A stretch of 64,000 nucleotides of DNA from NCBI GenBank assembly GCA_030390025.1, contig CM059431.1, positions 111,044,001 to 111,108,000 of the forward strand. Direction: 5' to 3'. Shown here in pieces: positions 15,301 to 30,013 of the stretch. The DNA comes from Squalus acanthias. Lineage: Eukaryota. A program made the position numbers and the translations under genes. Every line of letters starts with the position of its first letter. Within the stretch, counting starts at the first letter, position 1. Under the pieces are notes generated by a model. The model was given only the letters and a program-made list of their open reading frames with translations. It was not told the origin of the DNA and ran no database searches.

Positions 15301-16920
15301 ACAAGTACACCTGTCAATCACCAATTCACCTGTCATTCACCAATACACCTGTCAGTCACCAATTCACCTGCAATTCACCAGGACAACTGTGAATCACCAA
15401 TACGCCAGTCAGTCACCAATTCACCTGTCAGTCACCAGGACACCTGTCAGTCATCAATACACCTGTCAGTCACAAGTACACCTGTCAATCACCAATACTA
15501 CCTGTCAGCCACAAAAACAACTGTCAATCACCAATTCAGCTGTCAGTAACGAGTACAGCTTTCAGTCAACAATACACCTGTCAGTCACCAATTTACCTGT
15601 CTGCCACCAGGACACCTGTCGCTCACCAATACACCTGTCTGTCACCAGGGCACCTGTCAGTCACCAGCACACCTGTCAGTCACCAGTACACCTGTCTGTC
15701 AGCAGACACCTGTCTACCACCAAAAAACCTGTCAATCACCAATTCATCTGTCAGTCACCAATAAAACTGTCAGTCACAAATTCACCTGTCTGTCACCAGG
15801 ACACCTGTCGCTCACCAATACACCTGTCTGTCACCAGGATATCTGTCTGTCACCAGTATATGGGTCTGTCACCAGGGCTCCTGTCAGTCACCAGGGACAC
15901 CTGTCACTCACCAATTCACCTGTCAGTCACCAGTAATCCTTTCAGTCACCAATAAACCTGACAGTCACCAGGGACACCTGTCACTCACCAATTCACCTGT
16001 CAGTCACCAGTAATCCTTTCAGTCACCAATAAACCTGTCAGTCACCAATTCACCTTTCAGTAATCAGGACACCAGTCAATCACCAATACACCTCTCATTC
16101 ACCAATTCACCTGTCAGTAACCAGTAATCCTTTCAGTCACCATCACACCAGTCAGTCACCAATTCAAATGTCAGTCACCAGGACACCTGTCAGTCATCAA
16201 TTCACCTGTCAGTCACCAGTACACCTGTCAGTCACCAATTCACCTGTCATTCACCCAGACACCTATCTGTCACCAGGACACCTGTCAGTCACCAGTACAC
16301 CTGCCTGTCACCAGTACACCTGTCAGTCACGAAAACAACTGTCAATCACCAATTCACCTGTCAGTCACGAGTACACCTTTCAGTCACCAGTAAACCTGTC
16401 TGCCACCAGGACACCTGTCGCTCACCAATACACCTGTCTGTCACCAGGATACCTGTCTGTCACCAGTACACCTGTCTGTTACCAGAGCACCTGTCAGTCA
16501 CCAGTACACCTGTCTGTCAGCAGGACACTTGTCTACCACCAAAATACCTATCAATCACCAATTCACCTATCAGTCACCAATACACCTGTCAGTCACAAAT
16601 TCATCTGTCTGTCACCAGGACACCTGTCGCTCGCCAATACACCTGTCTGTCACCAGGATATCTGTCTGTCACCAGTACATGTGTCTGTCACCAGGGCACC
16701 TGTCAGTCATCAGTACACCTGTCAGTCGCCAATAAACCTTTCTGTCAGCAGTACACCTGTCACTCAAGAATACACCTGTCTGTCACCAGGACCACTGTCT
16801 CTCACCAGGACACCTGTCAGTCACCAATACACCTGTCTGTCACCAGGACACGTGTCACTCACCAGGACACCTGTCAGTCACCAGTACACCTGTCAGTCAC
16901 CAGGACATCTGTCTCTCACA
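12383..16920. repeat. 4.5-kb higher-order repeat, copy 1 (4538 bp)
   Basis: Starts AGTACACCTTTCAGTCACCAATTCACCTGTCAGTCAATAGGAAATC, which recurs at 16921 and 21458. ORF translations are identical at 12999/17537/22074, 15389/19926 and 16168/20705. Confidence 0.95.
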
Positions 16921-19900
16921 AGTACACCTTTCAGTCACCAATTCACCTGTCAGTCAATAGGAAATCTGTCAGTCACCAATACACCTGCCAATCACCAGTA
17001 CATCTGTCAATCAACAGTAAACCTGTCAGTCACCAGGACACCTGTGAGTCACCAATTCACTTCTCAGTCACCAGTAAACCTGTCAGTGATCAGGACACCT
17101 GTCTGTCACCAGTGCACCTGCCGCTCACCTATACCACTGTCAATCACCAGTACACCTTTCAGTCACCAATACACTTGTCAGTCACCAATTGACCTGTCGG
17201 TCACCAGGACACCTGTCAGTCACCAGTACAACTTTTAGTCACCAATTCACCTGTCAGTAATCAGGACACCTGTCAATCAGCAATACACCTGTCAGTCACC
17301 AATTCACCTGATAGTCACCAGTAATCCTTTCAGTCACCAGCACACCAGTCAGTCAACAATTCACCTGTCAGTCACGAGGACACCTGTCAGTCATGAATAA
17401 ACCTGTCAGTCACAAGTACACCTGTCAGTCAACAATTCAACTGTCATTCACCCGGACACCAGTCAGTCACCAGTACACCTGTCAATCATCAACACACCTG
17501 TCGGTCACCAATTCACCTGTTAGTCACCAGTAATCCTTGCAGTCACCAGGACACCTGTCAGTCATCAATACACCTGTCTGTCACCAGTGCACCTGTCACT
17601 CACCAATACACTTGTCTGTCACCAGTGCACCTGTCACTCACCAATACACTTGTCTGTCACCAGTACACCTGTCACTCACAAATACACCTGTCTGTCACCA
17701 GGATACAGGTCAGTCACCAATACACCGGTCAGTCACAAAAACAACGGTCAATCACCAATTCAGCTGTCAGTCACGAGTACAACTTTCAGTCAACAATAAC
17801 CTGTCAGTCACCAATTTACCTGTCTGCCACCAGGACGTCTGTGGCTCACCAATACACCTGTCTGTCACCAGGATACCTGTCTGTCACCAGTAAACCTGTC
17901 TGTCACCTGTACATCTGTCAGTCACCAATACACCTGTCAGTCATGAAAACAACAGTCAATCACCAATTCAGCTGTCAGTCACGATTACACCTTTCAGTCA
18001 ACTATACACCTGTCAGTCAATAGGAAATCTGTCAGTCACCAATACACCTGTCACTCACAAATAAACCTGCCTGTCACCAGGATACCTGTCTGTCACCAGG
18101 GCACCTGTCAATCACCAATACACCTGTCAGTCACCAGTACACCTTTCAGTCACCAGTACACCTGTCTGTCAGCAGGGCACCTGTCTATCACAGGACACCT
18201 GTCAGTCAACAGCACACCTTTCAGTCACCAGTTCACCTATCAGTCACCAGGACACCTGTCAGTCACCAGTACACCTGTCAGTCACCAATACCACTGTCAG
18301 TCACCAAACACCTGTCAATCACCAATAAACCTGTCTGTCACCAATTCACCTGTCAGTCACCAGTGCACCTGTTAGTCACCAGTATACCTGTCTGTCACCA
18401 GTATACCAGTCTGTCACTAGGACACCTGTCAGTCATGAGTACACCTTACAGTCACCAATAAACCTGTCAGTCACCAGAATACTTGTGTGCCACCAGTATA
18501 CCTGTCTGTCACCAGTATGCCTGTCTGTCACTAGGACACCTGTCAGTCACCAGGACACATGTCAGTCACCAATACATTTACCTGTCAGCAGTACCCTGTC
18601 ACTCACCAATACACCTGCCTGTCACCAGTACATCTGTTAGTCACAAGTACACCTGTCACTCATCAATACACCTGCCTGTCACCAGTAAACCAGTCACTCA
18701 CCAATATACCTGACAGTCACCAGGACACCTGTCACTCACCAATACACCTGTCTGTCACCAGGACACCTGTCTGTCACCAATAAACCGGTCAGACACCAAT
18801 TCACCGGTCAGTCATCAGGACAACTGTCAGTCACCAGTACAATTGTCAGTCATCAGGACACCTGCCAATCACTTGTCCACCTGTCAATCATCAGGACACC
18901 TGTCAGTTACCTATACCCATGTCAGTCACCAGTACACCTGTCTGACACCAGGTTACCTGTCAATCAGCATCACCATTGTCAGTCACCAGTACATCTGTCA
19001 GTCACCAGCACACCTGTCTGTCACCAGGACATCTGTCAGTCAGCAACACCATTGTCATTCACCAATGCACCTGTCAGTCACAAATGCACCTGTCTGTCAC
19101 CAGGACACCTGTCAGTCACAAGTACACCTGTCAGTCACCAATACACCTGAAATTCATCAGTTCACCTGTCGGTCATCAGGACAACTTCGCTCACCATAGT
19201 CCTGTCAGTCAGCATTAAACCCTTCAGTCAGCAATACACCTGTCAGTCACCAATTCACCTGTCAGTCACCAATTCACCTGTCATTCACCAGGACAACTGT
19301 CAATCACCAATACACCTGTCAGTCACCAATTCACCTGTCAGTCACCAGTACAACTTTTAGTCACCAATTCACCTGTCAGTAATCAGGATACCTGTCAATC
19401 ACCAATACACCTATCAGTCACCAATTCACCTGTCAGTCACCAATAATCCTTTCAGTCACCAGCACACCAGTCAGTCACCAATTTATCTGTCAGTCACGAG
19501 GACACCTGTCAGTCATCAATAAACCTGTCAGTCACAAGTACACCTGTCAGTCAACAATTCAACTGTCATTCACCCGGACACCTATCTGTCACCAGGACCC
19601 CTGTCTCTCACCAGGACACCTGTCACTCACCAATACACCTGCCTGTCACCAGTATACCTGTCACTCACAAATACACCTGTCTGTCACCCAGACACCTGTC
19701 AATCACCAATTCACCTGTCATTCACCAATTCACCTGTCAGTCACCAATAATCCTTTCAGTCACCAGCACACCAGTCAGTCACCAATTTATCTGTCAGTCA
19801 CGAGGACACCTGTCAGTCATCAATAAACCTGTCAGTCACAAGTACACCTGTCAATCACCAATTCACCTGTCATTCACCAATACACCTGTCAGTCACCAAT

Positions 19901-21457
19901 TCACCTGCAATTCACCAGGACAACTGTGAATCACCAATACGCCAGTCAGTCACCAATTCACCTGTCAGTCACCAGGACACCTGTCAGTCATCAATACACC
20001 TGTCAGTCACAAGTACACCTGTCAATCACCAATACTACCTGTCAGCCACAAAAACAACTGTCAATCACCAATTCAGCTGTCAGTAACGAGTACAGCTTTC
20101 AGTCAACAATACACCTGTCAGTCACCAATTTACCTGTCTGCCACCAGGACACCTGTCGCTCACCAATACACCTGTCTGTCACCAGGGCACCTGTCAGTCA
20201 CCAGCACACCTGTCAGTCACCAGTACACCTGTCTGTCAGCAGACACCTGTCTACCACCAAAAAACCTGTCAATCACCAATTCATCTGTCAGTCACCAATA
20301 AAACTGTCAGTCACAAATTCACCTGTCTGTCACCAGGACACCTGTCGCTCACCAATACACCTGTCTGTCACCAGGATATCTGTCTGTCACCAGTATATGG
20401 GTCTGTCACCAGGGCTCCTGTCAGTCACCAGGGACACCTGTCACTCACCAATTCACCTGTCAGTCACCAGTAATCCTTTCAGTCACCAATAAACCTGACA
20501 GTCACCAGGGACACCTGTCACTCACCAATTCACCTGTCAGTCACCAGTAATCCTTTCAGTCACCAATAAACCTGTCAGTCACCAATTCACCTTTCAGTAA
20601 TCAGGACACCAGTCAATCACCAATACACCTCTCATTCACCAATTCACCTGTCAGTAACCAGTAATCCTTTCAGTCACCATCACACCAGTCAGTCACCAAT
20701 TCAAATGTCAGTCACCAGGACACCTGTCAGTCATCAATTCACCTGTCAGTCACCAGTACACCTGTCAGTCACCAATTCACCTGTCATTCACCCAGACACC
20801 TATCTGTCACCAGGACACCTGTCAGTCACCAGTACACCTGCCTGTCACCAGTACACCTGTCAGTCACGAAAACAACTGTCAATCACCAATTCACCTGTCA
20901 GTCACGAGTACACCTTTCAGTCACCAGTAAACCTGTCTGCCACCAGGACACCTGTCGCTCACCAATACACCTGTCTGTCACCAGGATACCTGTCTGTCAC
21001 CAGTACACCTGTCTGTTACCAGAGCACCTGTCAGTCACCAGTACACCTGTCTGTCAGCAGGACACTTGTCTACCACCAAAATACCTATCAATCACCAATT
21101 CACCTATCAGTCACCAATACACCTGTCAGTCACAAATTCATCTGTCTGTCACCAGGACACCTGTCGCTCGCCAATACACCTGTCTGTCACCAGGATATCT
21201 GTCTGTCACCAGTACATGTGTCTGTCACCAGGGCACCTGTCAGTCATCAGTACACCTGTCAGTCGCCAATAAACCTTTCTGTCAGCAGTACACCTGTCAC
21301 TCAAGAATACACCTGTCTGTCACCAGGACCACTGTCTCTCACCAGGACACCTGTCAGTCACCAATACACCTGTCTGTCACCAGGACACGTGTCACTCACC
21401 AGGACACCTGTCAGTCACCAGTACACCTGTCAGTCACCAGGACATCTGTCTCTCACA
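16921..21457. repeat. 4.5-kb higher-order repeat, copy 2 (4537 bp)
   Basis: Apparently identical to copy 1 except for one missing A (CCAAACACC at ~18304 versus CCAAAACACC at ~13766). The ORF offsets shift from 4538 to 4537 at that point. Confidence 0.95.
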
Positions 21458-24400
21458 AGTACACCTTTCAGTCACCAATTCACCTGTCAGTCAATAGGAA
21501 ATCTGTCAGTCACCAATACACCTGCCAATCACCAGTACATCTGTCAATCAACAGTAAACCTGTCAGTCACCAGGACACCTGTGAGTCACCAATTCACTTC
21601 TCAGTCACCAGTAAACCTGTCAGTGATCAGGACACCTGTCTGTCACCAGTGCACCTGCCGCTCACCTATACCACTGTCAATCACCAGTACACCTTTCAGT
21701 CACCAATACACTTGTCAGTCACCAATTGACCTGTCGGTCACCAGGACACCTGTCAGTCACCAGTACAACTTTTAGTCACCAATTCACCTGTCAGTAATCA
21801 GGACACCTGTCAATCAGCAATACACCTGTCAGTCACCAATTCACCTGATAGTCACCAGTAATCCTTTCAGTCACCAGCACACCAGTCAGTCAACAATTCA
21901 CCTGTCAGTCACGAGGACACCTGTCAGTCATGAATAAACCTGTCAGTCACAAGTACACCTGTCAGTCAACAATTCAACTGTCATTCACCCGGACACCAGT
22001 CAGTCACCAGTACACCTGTCAATCATCAACACACCTGTCGGTCACCAATTCACCTGTTAGTCACCAGTAATCCTTGCAGTCACCAGGACACCTGTCAGTC
22101 ATCAATACACCTGTCTGTCACCAGTGCACCTGTCACTCACCAATACACTTGTCTGTCACCAGTGCACCTGTCACTCACCAATACACTTGTCTGTCACCAG
22201 TACACCTGTCACTCACAAATACACCTGTCTGTCACCAGGATACAGGTCAGTCACCAATACACCGGTCAGTCACAAAAACAACGGTCAATCACCAATTCAG
22301 CTGTCAGTCACGAGTACAACTTTCAGTCAACAATAACCTGTCAGTCACCAATTTACCTGTCTGCCACCAGGACGTCTGTGGCTCACCAATACACCTGTCT
22401 GTCACCAGGATACCTGTCTGTCACCAGTAAACCTGTCTGTCACCTGTACATCTGTCAGTCACCAATACACCTGTCAGTCATGAAAACAACAGTCAATCAC
22501 CAATTCAGCTGTCAGTCACGATTACACCTTTCAGTCAACTATACACCTGTCAGTCAATAGGAAATCTGTCAGTCACCAATACACCTGTCACTCACAAATA
22601 AACCTGCCTGTCACCAGGATACCTGTCTGTCACCAGGGCACCTGTCAATCACCAATACACCTGTCAGTCACCAGTACACCTTTCAGTCACCAGTACACCT
22701 GTCTGTCAGCAGGGCACCTGTCTATCACAGGACACCTGTCAGTCAACAGCACACCTTTCAGTCACCAGTTCACCTATCAGTCACCAGGACACCTGTCAGT
22801 CACCAGTACACCTGTCAGTCACCAATACCACTGTCAGTCACCAAAACACCTGTCAATCACCAATAAACCTGTCTGTCACCAATTCACCTGTCAGTCACCA
22901 GTGCACCTGTTAGTCACCAGTATACCTGTCTGTCACCAGTATACCAGTCTGTCACTAGGACACCTGTCAGTCATGAGTACACCTTACAGTCACCAATAAA
23001 CCTGTCAGTCACCAGAATACTTGTGTGCCACCAGTATACCTGTCTGTCACCAGTATGCCTGTCTGTCACTAGGACACCTGTCAGTCACCAGGACACATGT
23101 CAGTCACCAATACATTTACCTGTCAGCAGTACCCTGTCACTCACCAATACACCTGCCTGTCACCGGTACATCTGTTAGTCACAAGTACACCTGTCACTCA
23201 TCAATACACCTGCCTGTCACCAGTAAACCAGTCACTCACCAATATACCTGACAGTCACCAGGACACCTGTCTGTCACCAATAAACCGGTCAGACACCAAT
23301 TCACCGGTCAGTCATCAGGACACCTGTCAGTCACCAGTACAATTGTCAGTCATCAGGACACCTGCCAATCACTTGTCCACCTGTCAATCATCAGGACACC
23401 TGTCAGTTACCTATACCCCTGTCAGTCACCAGTACACCTGTCTGACACCAGGATACCTGTCAATCAGCATCACCATTGTCAGTCACCAGTACATCTGTCA
23501 GTCACCAGCACACCTGTCTGTCACCAGGACATCTGTCAGTCAGCAACACCATTGTCATTCACCAATGCACCTGTCAGTCACAAATGCACCTGTCTGTCAC
23601 CAGTATACCTGTCTGTCACCAGGACACCTGTCTGTCACCAGGACACCTGTCTGTCACAAGTACACCTGTCAGTCACCAATACACCTGAAATTCACCAGTT
23701 CACCTGTCGGTCATCAGGACAACTGTCGCTCACCATAGTCCTGTCAGTCAGCATTAAACCCTTCAGTCAGCAATACACCTGTCAGTCACCAATTCACCTG
23801 TCAGTCACCAATTCACCTGTCATTCACCAGGACAACTGTCAGTCACCAATTCACCTGTCAGTCACCAATAATCCTTTCAGTCACCAGCACACCAGTCAGT
23901 CACCAATTTATCTGTCAGTCACGAGGACACCTGTCAGTCATCAATAAACCTGTCAGTCACAAGTACACCTGTCAGTCAACAATTCAACTGTCATTCACCC
24001 GGACACCTATCTGTCACCAGGACACCTGTCAGTCACCAGTACACCTGTCACTCACCAATACACCTGCCTGTCACCAGTATACCTGTCACTCACAAATACA
24101 CCTGTCTGTCACCCGGACACCTGTCAATCACCAATTCACCTGTCAGTCACCAATTCACCTGTCAGTCACCAATAATCCTTTCAGTCACCAGCACACCAGT
24201 CAGTCACCAATTTATCTGTCAGTCACGAGGACACCTGTCAGTCATCAATAAACCTGTCAGTCACAAGTACACCTGTCAATCACCAATTCACCTGTCATTC
24301 ACCAATACACCTGTCAGTCACCAATTCACCTGCAATTCACCAGGACAACTGTCAATCACCAATACACCAGTCAGTCACCAATTCACCTGTCAGTCACCAG

Positions 24401-25918
24401 GACACCTGTCAGTCATCAATACACCTGTCAGTCACAAGTACACCTGTCAATCACCAATACTACCTGTCAGCCACAAAAACAACTGTCAATCACCAATTCA
24501 GCTGTCAGTAACGAGTACAGCTTTCAGTCAACAATACACCTGTCAGTCACCAATTTACCTGTCTGCCACCAGGACACCTGTCGCTCACCAATACACCTGT
24601 CTGTCACCAGGGCACCTGTCAGTCACCAGCACACCTGTCAGTCACCAGTACACCTGTCTGTCAGCAGACACCTGTCTACCACCAAAAAACCTGTCAATCA
24701 CCAATTCATCTGTCAGTCACCAATAAAACTGTCAGTCACAAATTCACCTGTCTGTCACCAGGACACCTGTCGCTCACCAATACACCTGTCTGTCACCAGG
24801 ATATCTGTCTGTCACCAGTATATGGGTCTGTCACCAGGGCTCCTGTCAGTCACCAGGGACACCTGTCACTCACCAATTCACCTGTCAGTCACCAGTAATC
24901 CTTTCAGTCACCAATAAACCTGACAGTCACCAGGGACACCTGTCACTCACCAATTCACCTGTCAGTCACCAGTAATCCTTTCAGTCACCAATAAACCTGT
25001 CAGTCACCAATTCACCTTTCAGTAATCAGGACACCAGTCAATCACCAATACACCTCTCATTCACCAATTCACCTGTCAGTAACCAGTAATCCTTTCAGTC
25101 ACCATCACACCAGTCAGTCACCAATTCAAATGTCAGTCACCAGGACACCTGTCAGTCATCAATTCACCTGTCAGTCACCAGTACACCTGTCAGTCACCAA
25201 TTCACCTGTCATTCACCCAGACACCTATCTGTCACCAGGACACCTGTCAGTCACCAGTACACCTGCCTGTCACCAGTACACCTGTCAGTCACGAAAACAA
25301 CTGTCAATCACCAATTCACCTGTCAGTCACGAGTACACCTTTCAGTCACCAGTAAACCTGTCTGCCACCAGGACACCTGTCGCTCACCAATACACCTGTC
25401 TGTCACCAGGATACCTGTCTGTCACCAGTACACCTGTCTGTTACCAGAGCACCTGTCAGTCACCAGTACACCTGTCTGTCAGCAGGACACTTGTCTACCA
25501 CCAAAATACCTATCAATCACCAATTCACCTATCAGTCACCAATACACCTGTCAGTCACAAATTCATCTGTCTGTCACCAGGACACCTGTCGCTCGCCAAT
25601 ACACCTGTCTGTCACCAGGATATCTGTCTGTCACCAGTACATGTGTCTGTCACCAGGGCACCTGTCAGTCATCAGTACACCTGTCAGTCGCCAATAAACC
25701 TTTCTGTCAGCAGTACACCTGTCACTCAAGAATACACCTGTCTGTCACCAGGACCACTGTCTCTCACCAGGACACCTGTCAGTCACCAATACACCTGTCT
25801 GTCACCAGGACACGTGTCACTCACCAGGACACCTGTCAGTCACCAGTACACCTGTCAGTCACCAGGACATCTGTCTCTCACAAGTACACCTTTCAGTCAC
25901 CAATTCACCTGTCAGTCA
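21458..25918. repeat. 4.5-kb higher-order repeat, copy 3 (4425 bp) plus ~36 bp of a fourth start
   Basis: Matches copies 1/2 at both ends (ORF 22074 equals 12999; ORF 25130 equals 16168 over most of its length). It is 113 bp shorter than copy 1 through -38, +38, +1 and -114 bp indels. Identity to the HOR start ends at ~25918. Confidence 0.92.
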
Positions 25919-28900
25919 CCAAAACACCTGTCAATCCCCAATACACCTGTCAGTCACCAATTTACCTGTAAGTCACCAGGACACCTGTCAGTCACCAATT
26001 CACCTGTCAGTCATCAGGACACTGGTCAATCACCAATATACCTGTCAGTCATCAGGACACCTGTCTGTCACCAGGATGCCTGTCTGTCACCAGTAAATCT
26101 TTCAAACACCAATTCACCAGTCAATCATCAGGGCATCTGTCAGTCACCTGTCCACCTGTCGATCATCAGGACACCTGTCAGTTACCTATACCCCTGTCAG
26201 TCACCATGACACCTGTCAGTCACCAGGAAAACTGTCAGTCACCAATACAACTGCCAGTCACCAACACACATGCCAGTCACCAACACACCTGTCAATCACC
26301 AAAACTCCTATCAGTCACCAGGACACCTGTCAGTCACCAGTACACCTGCCAGTCACCAGGACACCTGTCAGTCACCAGGACACCTGTCAGTCACCAGTAC
26401 ACCTTTCAGTCACCAATTCACCTGTCAGCTACCAGGACACCTGTCAGTCACCAGTACACCTTTCAGTCATCAATTCTCCTGTCAGTCATCAGGACACCGA
26501 TCAATCACCAATACACCTGTCAGTCACCAGTTCATCTGTCAGTCACCAGTACATCTGTCAGTAATCAGGACACCTGTCAGTCACCAGTCCATTGTCAGTC
26601 ATCAGGACACCTGTCAGTCACAAGTACACCTCTCAGTCACCAATTCACCTGTCAGTCACCAGGACAAATGTCAGTCACCAATACACCTGCCTGTCACCAG
26701 TACACCTGTTAGTCACAAGTATACCTGTCACTCATCAATACACCTGCCTGTCACCAGGACACCTGTCACTCACCAATACACCTGTCTGTCACCAGGACAC
26801 CTGTCTGTCACCAGTAAACCTGTCAGACACTAATTCACCTGTCAGTCATCAGGACACCTGTCAGTCACCAGAACAACTGTCAGTCATCAGGACACCTGTC
26901 CATCACCTGTCCATCACCAAAACACCTGTCAATCGCCAATTCACCTGACAGTCGCCAGTACACGTGTCAGTCACCAGTACACCTGTCTGACACCAGGATA
27001 CCTGCAATCAGCATCACCATTGTCAGTCACCAGTAAACCTGTCTGTCACGAGGACATCTGTCAGTCAACAACGCCATTGTCATTCACCAATGCACCTGTC
27101 AGTCACAAATCCACCTGTCTGTCACCAGTACACCTGTCAGTCACCAGGACACATGTCAGTCACAAGTACACCTGTCAGTCACCAATACACCTGAAAGTCA
27201 CCAGTTCACCTGTCGGTCATCAGGACAGCTGTCGCTCATCATAGTCCTATCAGTCAGCATTAAACCTTCAGTCACCAATACACATGTCAGTCACCAATTC
27301 ACCTGTCAGGCACCAATTCACCTGTCATTCACCAGGACAACTGTCAGTCACCAATTCACCTGTCAGTCACCAGGACATCTATCAGTCATCAATTCACCTG
27401 TCAGTCACCAGTACACCTGTCAGTCACCAATTCACCTGTCATTCACCCAGACAAATATCTGTGACCAGGGCACCTGTCAGTCACCAGTACACCTGCCTGT
27501 CACGAAAACAACTGTCAATCACCAATTCACCTGTCAGTCACGAGTACAACTGTCAGTCACCAGGACATCTGTCAGTCATCAATTCACCTGTCAGTCACCA
27601 ATACACCTGTCTGTCACCAGGATACCTGGCTGTCACCAGTACAACTGTCTGTCACCAGGGGACCTGTCAGTCACCAGTACACCTGTCTGTCAGCAGGACA
27701 CCTGTCAGTCACCAGTATACCTGTCTCTCACCATTACACATTTCAGTCACAAATTCACCTGTCAGTCACCAAAACACCTGTGAGTCGCCAATTCACCTGT
27801 CAGTCACCAGGACACCTGTCAGTCACAGGTACACCTGCCAGTCACCAGGACACCTACCAGTCACCAATACACCTGTCAGTCACCAATTCAGCTGTCAGTC
27901 ACCAATTCACCTGTCATTCACCAGGACAAATGTCTATCACCAATACACCTCTCAGTCACCAATGCAACTTTTAGTCACCAATTCACCTGTCAGTAATCAG
28001 GACACCTGTCAATCACCAATACACCTGTAAGTCACCAATACACCTGTCACTCACCAGTAAACCTTTCAGTCTTCAGCACACCAGTCAGTCACCAATTCAC
28101 CTGCCTGTCACCAGTACACCTGTCACTCACAAATACACCTGTCTGTCACCAGTACACCTGTCACTCACAAATACACGTGTCTGTCACCAGGATACCTGTC
28201 TCTCACCAATACAGCTGTCTGTCACCAGTAAACCTCTCAGTCACCAATACAACCTGTCAGTCACGAAAACAACTGTCAATCACTAATTCACCTGTCAGTC
28301 ATGAGTACAGCTTTCAGTCAACAATACACCTGTCAGTCACCAATTCACCTGTCAGTCATCAGTACAACTTTTAGTCACCAATTCACCTGTCAGTAATCAG
28401 GACACCTGTCAATCACCAATACACCTGTAAGTCACCAATTCACCTGTCAGTCACCAATTCACCTGTCAGTCACCAATTCACCTGTCAGTCACCAGGACAC
28501 CTGTCAGTCATCAATAAACCTGTCAGGCACCAATACACCTGTCAGTCACAAATTCACCTGTCATTCACCCAGACACCTATCTGTCAACAGGATACCTGCC
28601 AGTCACCAGTACACCTGTCACTCACCAATACACCTGCCTGTCACCTGTACCCCTGTCACTCACAAATACACCTGTCTGTCACCAGGATACCTGTCTCTCA
28701 CCAATACAGCTTTCTGTCACCAGTACACCTGTCAGTCACGAAAACAACTGCCAATCAACAAGTCACGAGTACAGCTTTCAATCAACAATACACCTGTCAG
28801 TCACCAATTTACCTGTCTGCCACCAGGATGCCTGTGGCTCACCAATAAACCTGTCTGTCACCAGGATACCTGTCTGTCACCAGTATACCTGTCTGTCACC

Positions 28901-29280
28901 AGGGCACCTGTCAGTCACCAGCACACCTGTCTGTCACCAGGATACCTGTCTGTCACCAGTACATGTGTCTGTCACCAGGGCTCCTGTCAGTCACCAATAC
29001 ACCTGTCAGTCACTAATAACCCTGTCTGTCAGGAGTACACCTGTCACTCAGCAATACACCTGTCTGTCACCAGGATACCTGTCCCTCACCAGGACACCTG
29101 TCAGTCACCAATTCACCTGTCTCTCACCAGGGACACCTGTCTCTCACCAATACACCTGTCTGTCACCAGGACACCTGTCTCTCACCAGGACACCTTTCAG
29201 TCACCAATTCACCTGTCAGTCAACAGGACACCTGTCAGTCACCAGTATACCTGACTCTCACCATTACACATTTCAGAAAC

Positions 29281-30013
29281 NNNNNNNNNNNNNNNNNNNN
29301 NNNNNNNNNNNNNNNNNNNNNNNNNNNNNNNNNNNNNNNNNNNNNNNNNNNNNNNNNNNNNNNNNNNNNNNNNNNNNNNNNNNNNNNNNNNNNNNNNNNN
29401 NNNNNNNNNNNNNNNNNNNNNNNNNNNNNNNNNNNNNNNNNNNNNNNNNNNNNNNNNNNNNNNNNNNNNNNNNNNNNNNNNNNNNNNNNNNNNNNNNNNN
29501 NNNNNNNNNNNNNNNNNNNNNNNNNNNNNNNNNNNNNNNNNNNNNNNNNNNNNNNNNNNNNNNNNNNNNNNNNNNNNNNNNNNNNNNNNNNNNNNNNNNN
29601 NNNNNNNNNNNNNNNNNNNNNNNNNNNNNNNNNNNNNNNNNNNNNNNNNNNNNNNNNNNNNNNNNNNNNNNNNNNNNNNNNNNNNNNNNNNNNNNNNNNN
29701 NNNNNNNNNNNNNNNNNNNNNNNNNNNNNNNNNNNNNNNNNNNNNNNNNNNNNNNNNNNNNNNNNNNNNNNNNNNNNNNNNNNNNNNNNNNNNNNNNNNN
29801 NNNNNNNNNNNNNNNNNNNNNNNNNNNNNNNNNNNNNNNNNNNNNNNNNNNNNNNNNNNNNNNNNNNNNNNNNNNNNNNNNNNNNNNNNNNNNNNNNNNN
29901 NNNNNNNNNNNNNNNNNNNNNNNNNNNNNNNNNNNNNNNNNNNNNNNNNNNNNNNNNNNNNNNNNNNNNNNNNNNNNNNNNNNNNNNNNNNNNNNNNNNN
30001 NNNNNNNNNNNNN
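29281..30013. other. Assembly gap (733 N)
   Basis: Continuous run of N from 29281 to 30013. Confidence 1.

Larger units (their letters stand above)
1..29280. repeat. 19-bp tandem satellite/minisatellite array, left contig (consensus CACCTGTCAGTCACCAGTA)
   Basis: CACCTGTCAGTCACCA followed by GTA/ATA/GGA/ATT/ATG recurs every 19 bp from base 1 to the gap, with scattered substitutions and occasional 18/20-bp units. Orientation is constant. Confidence 0.99.
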
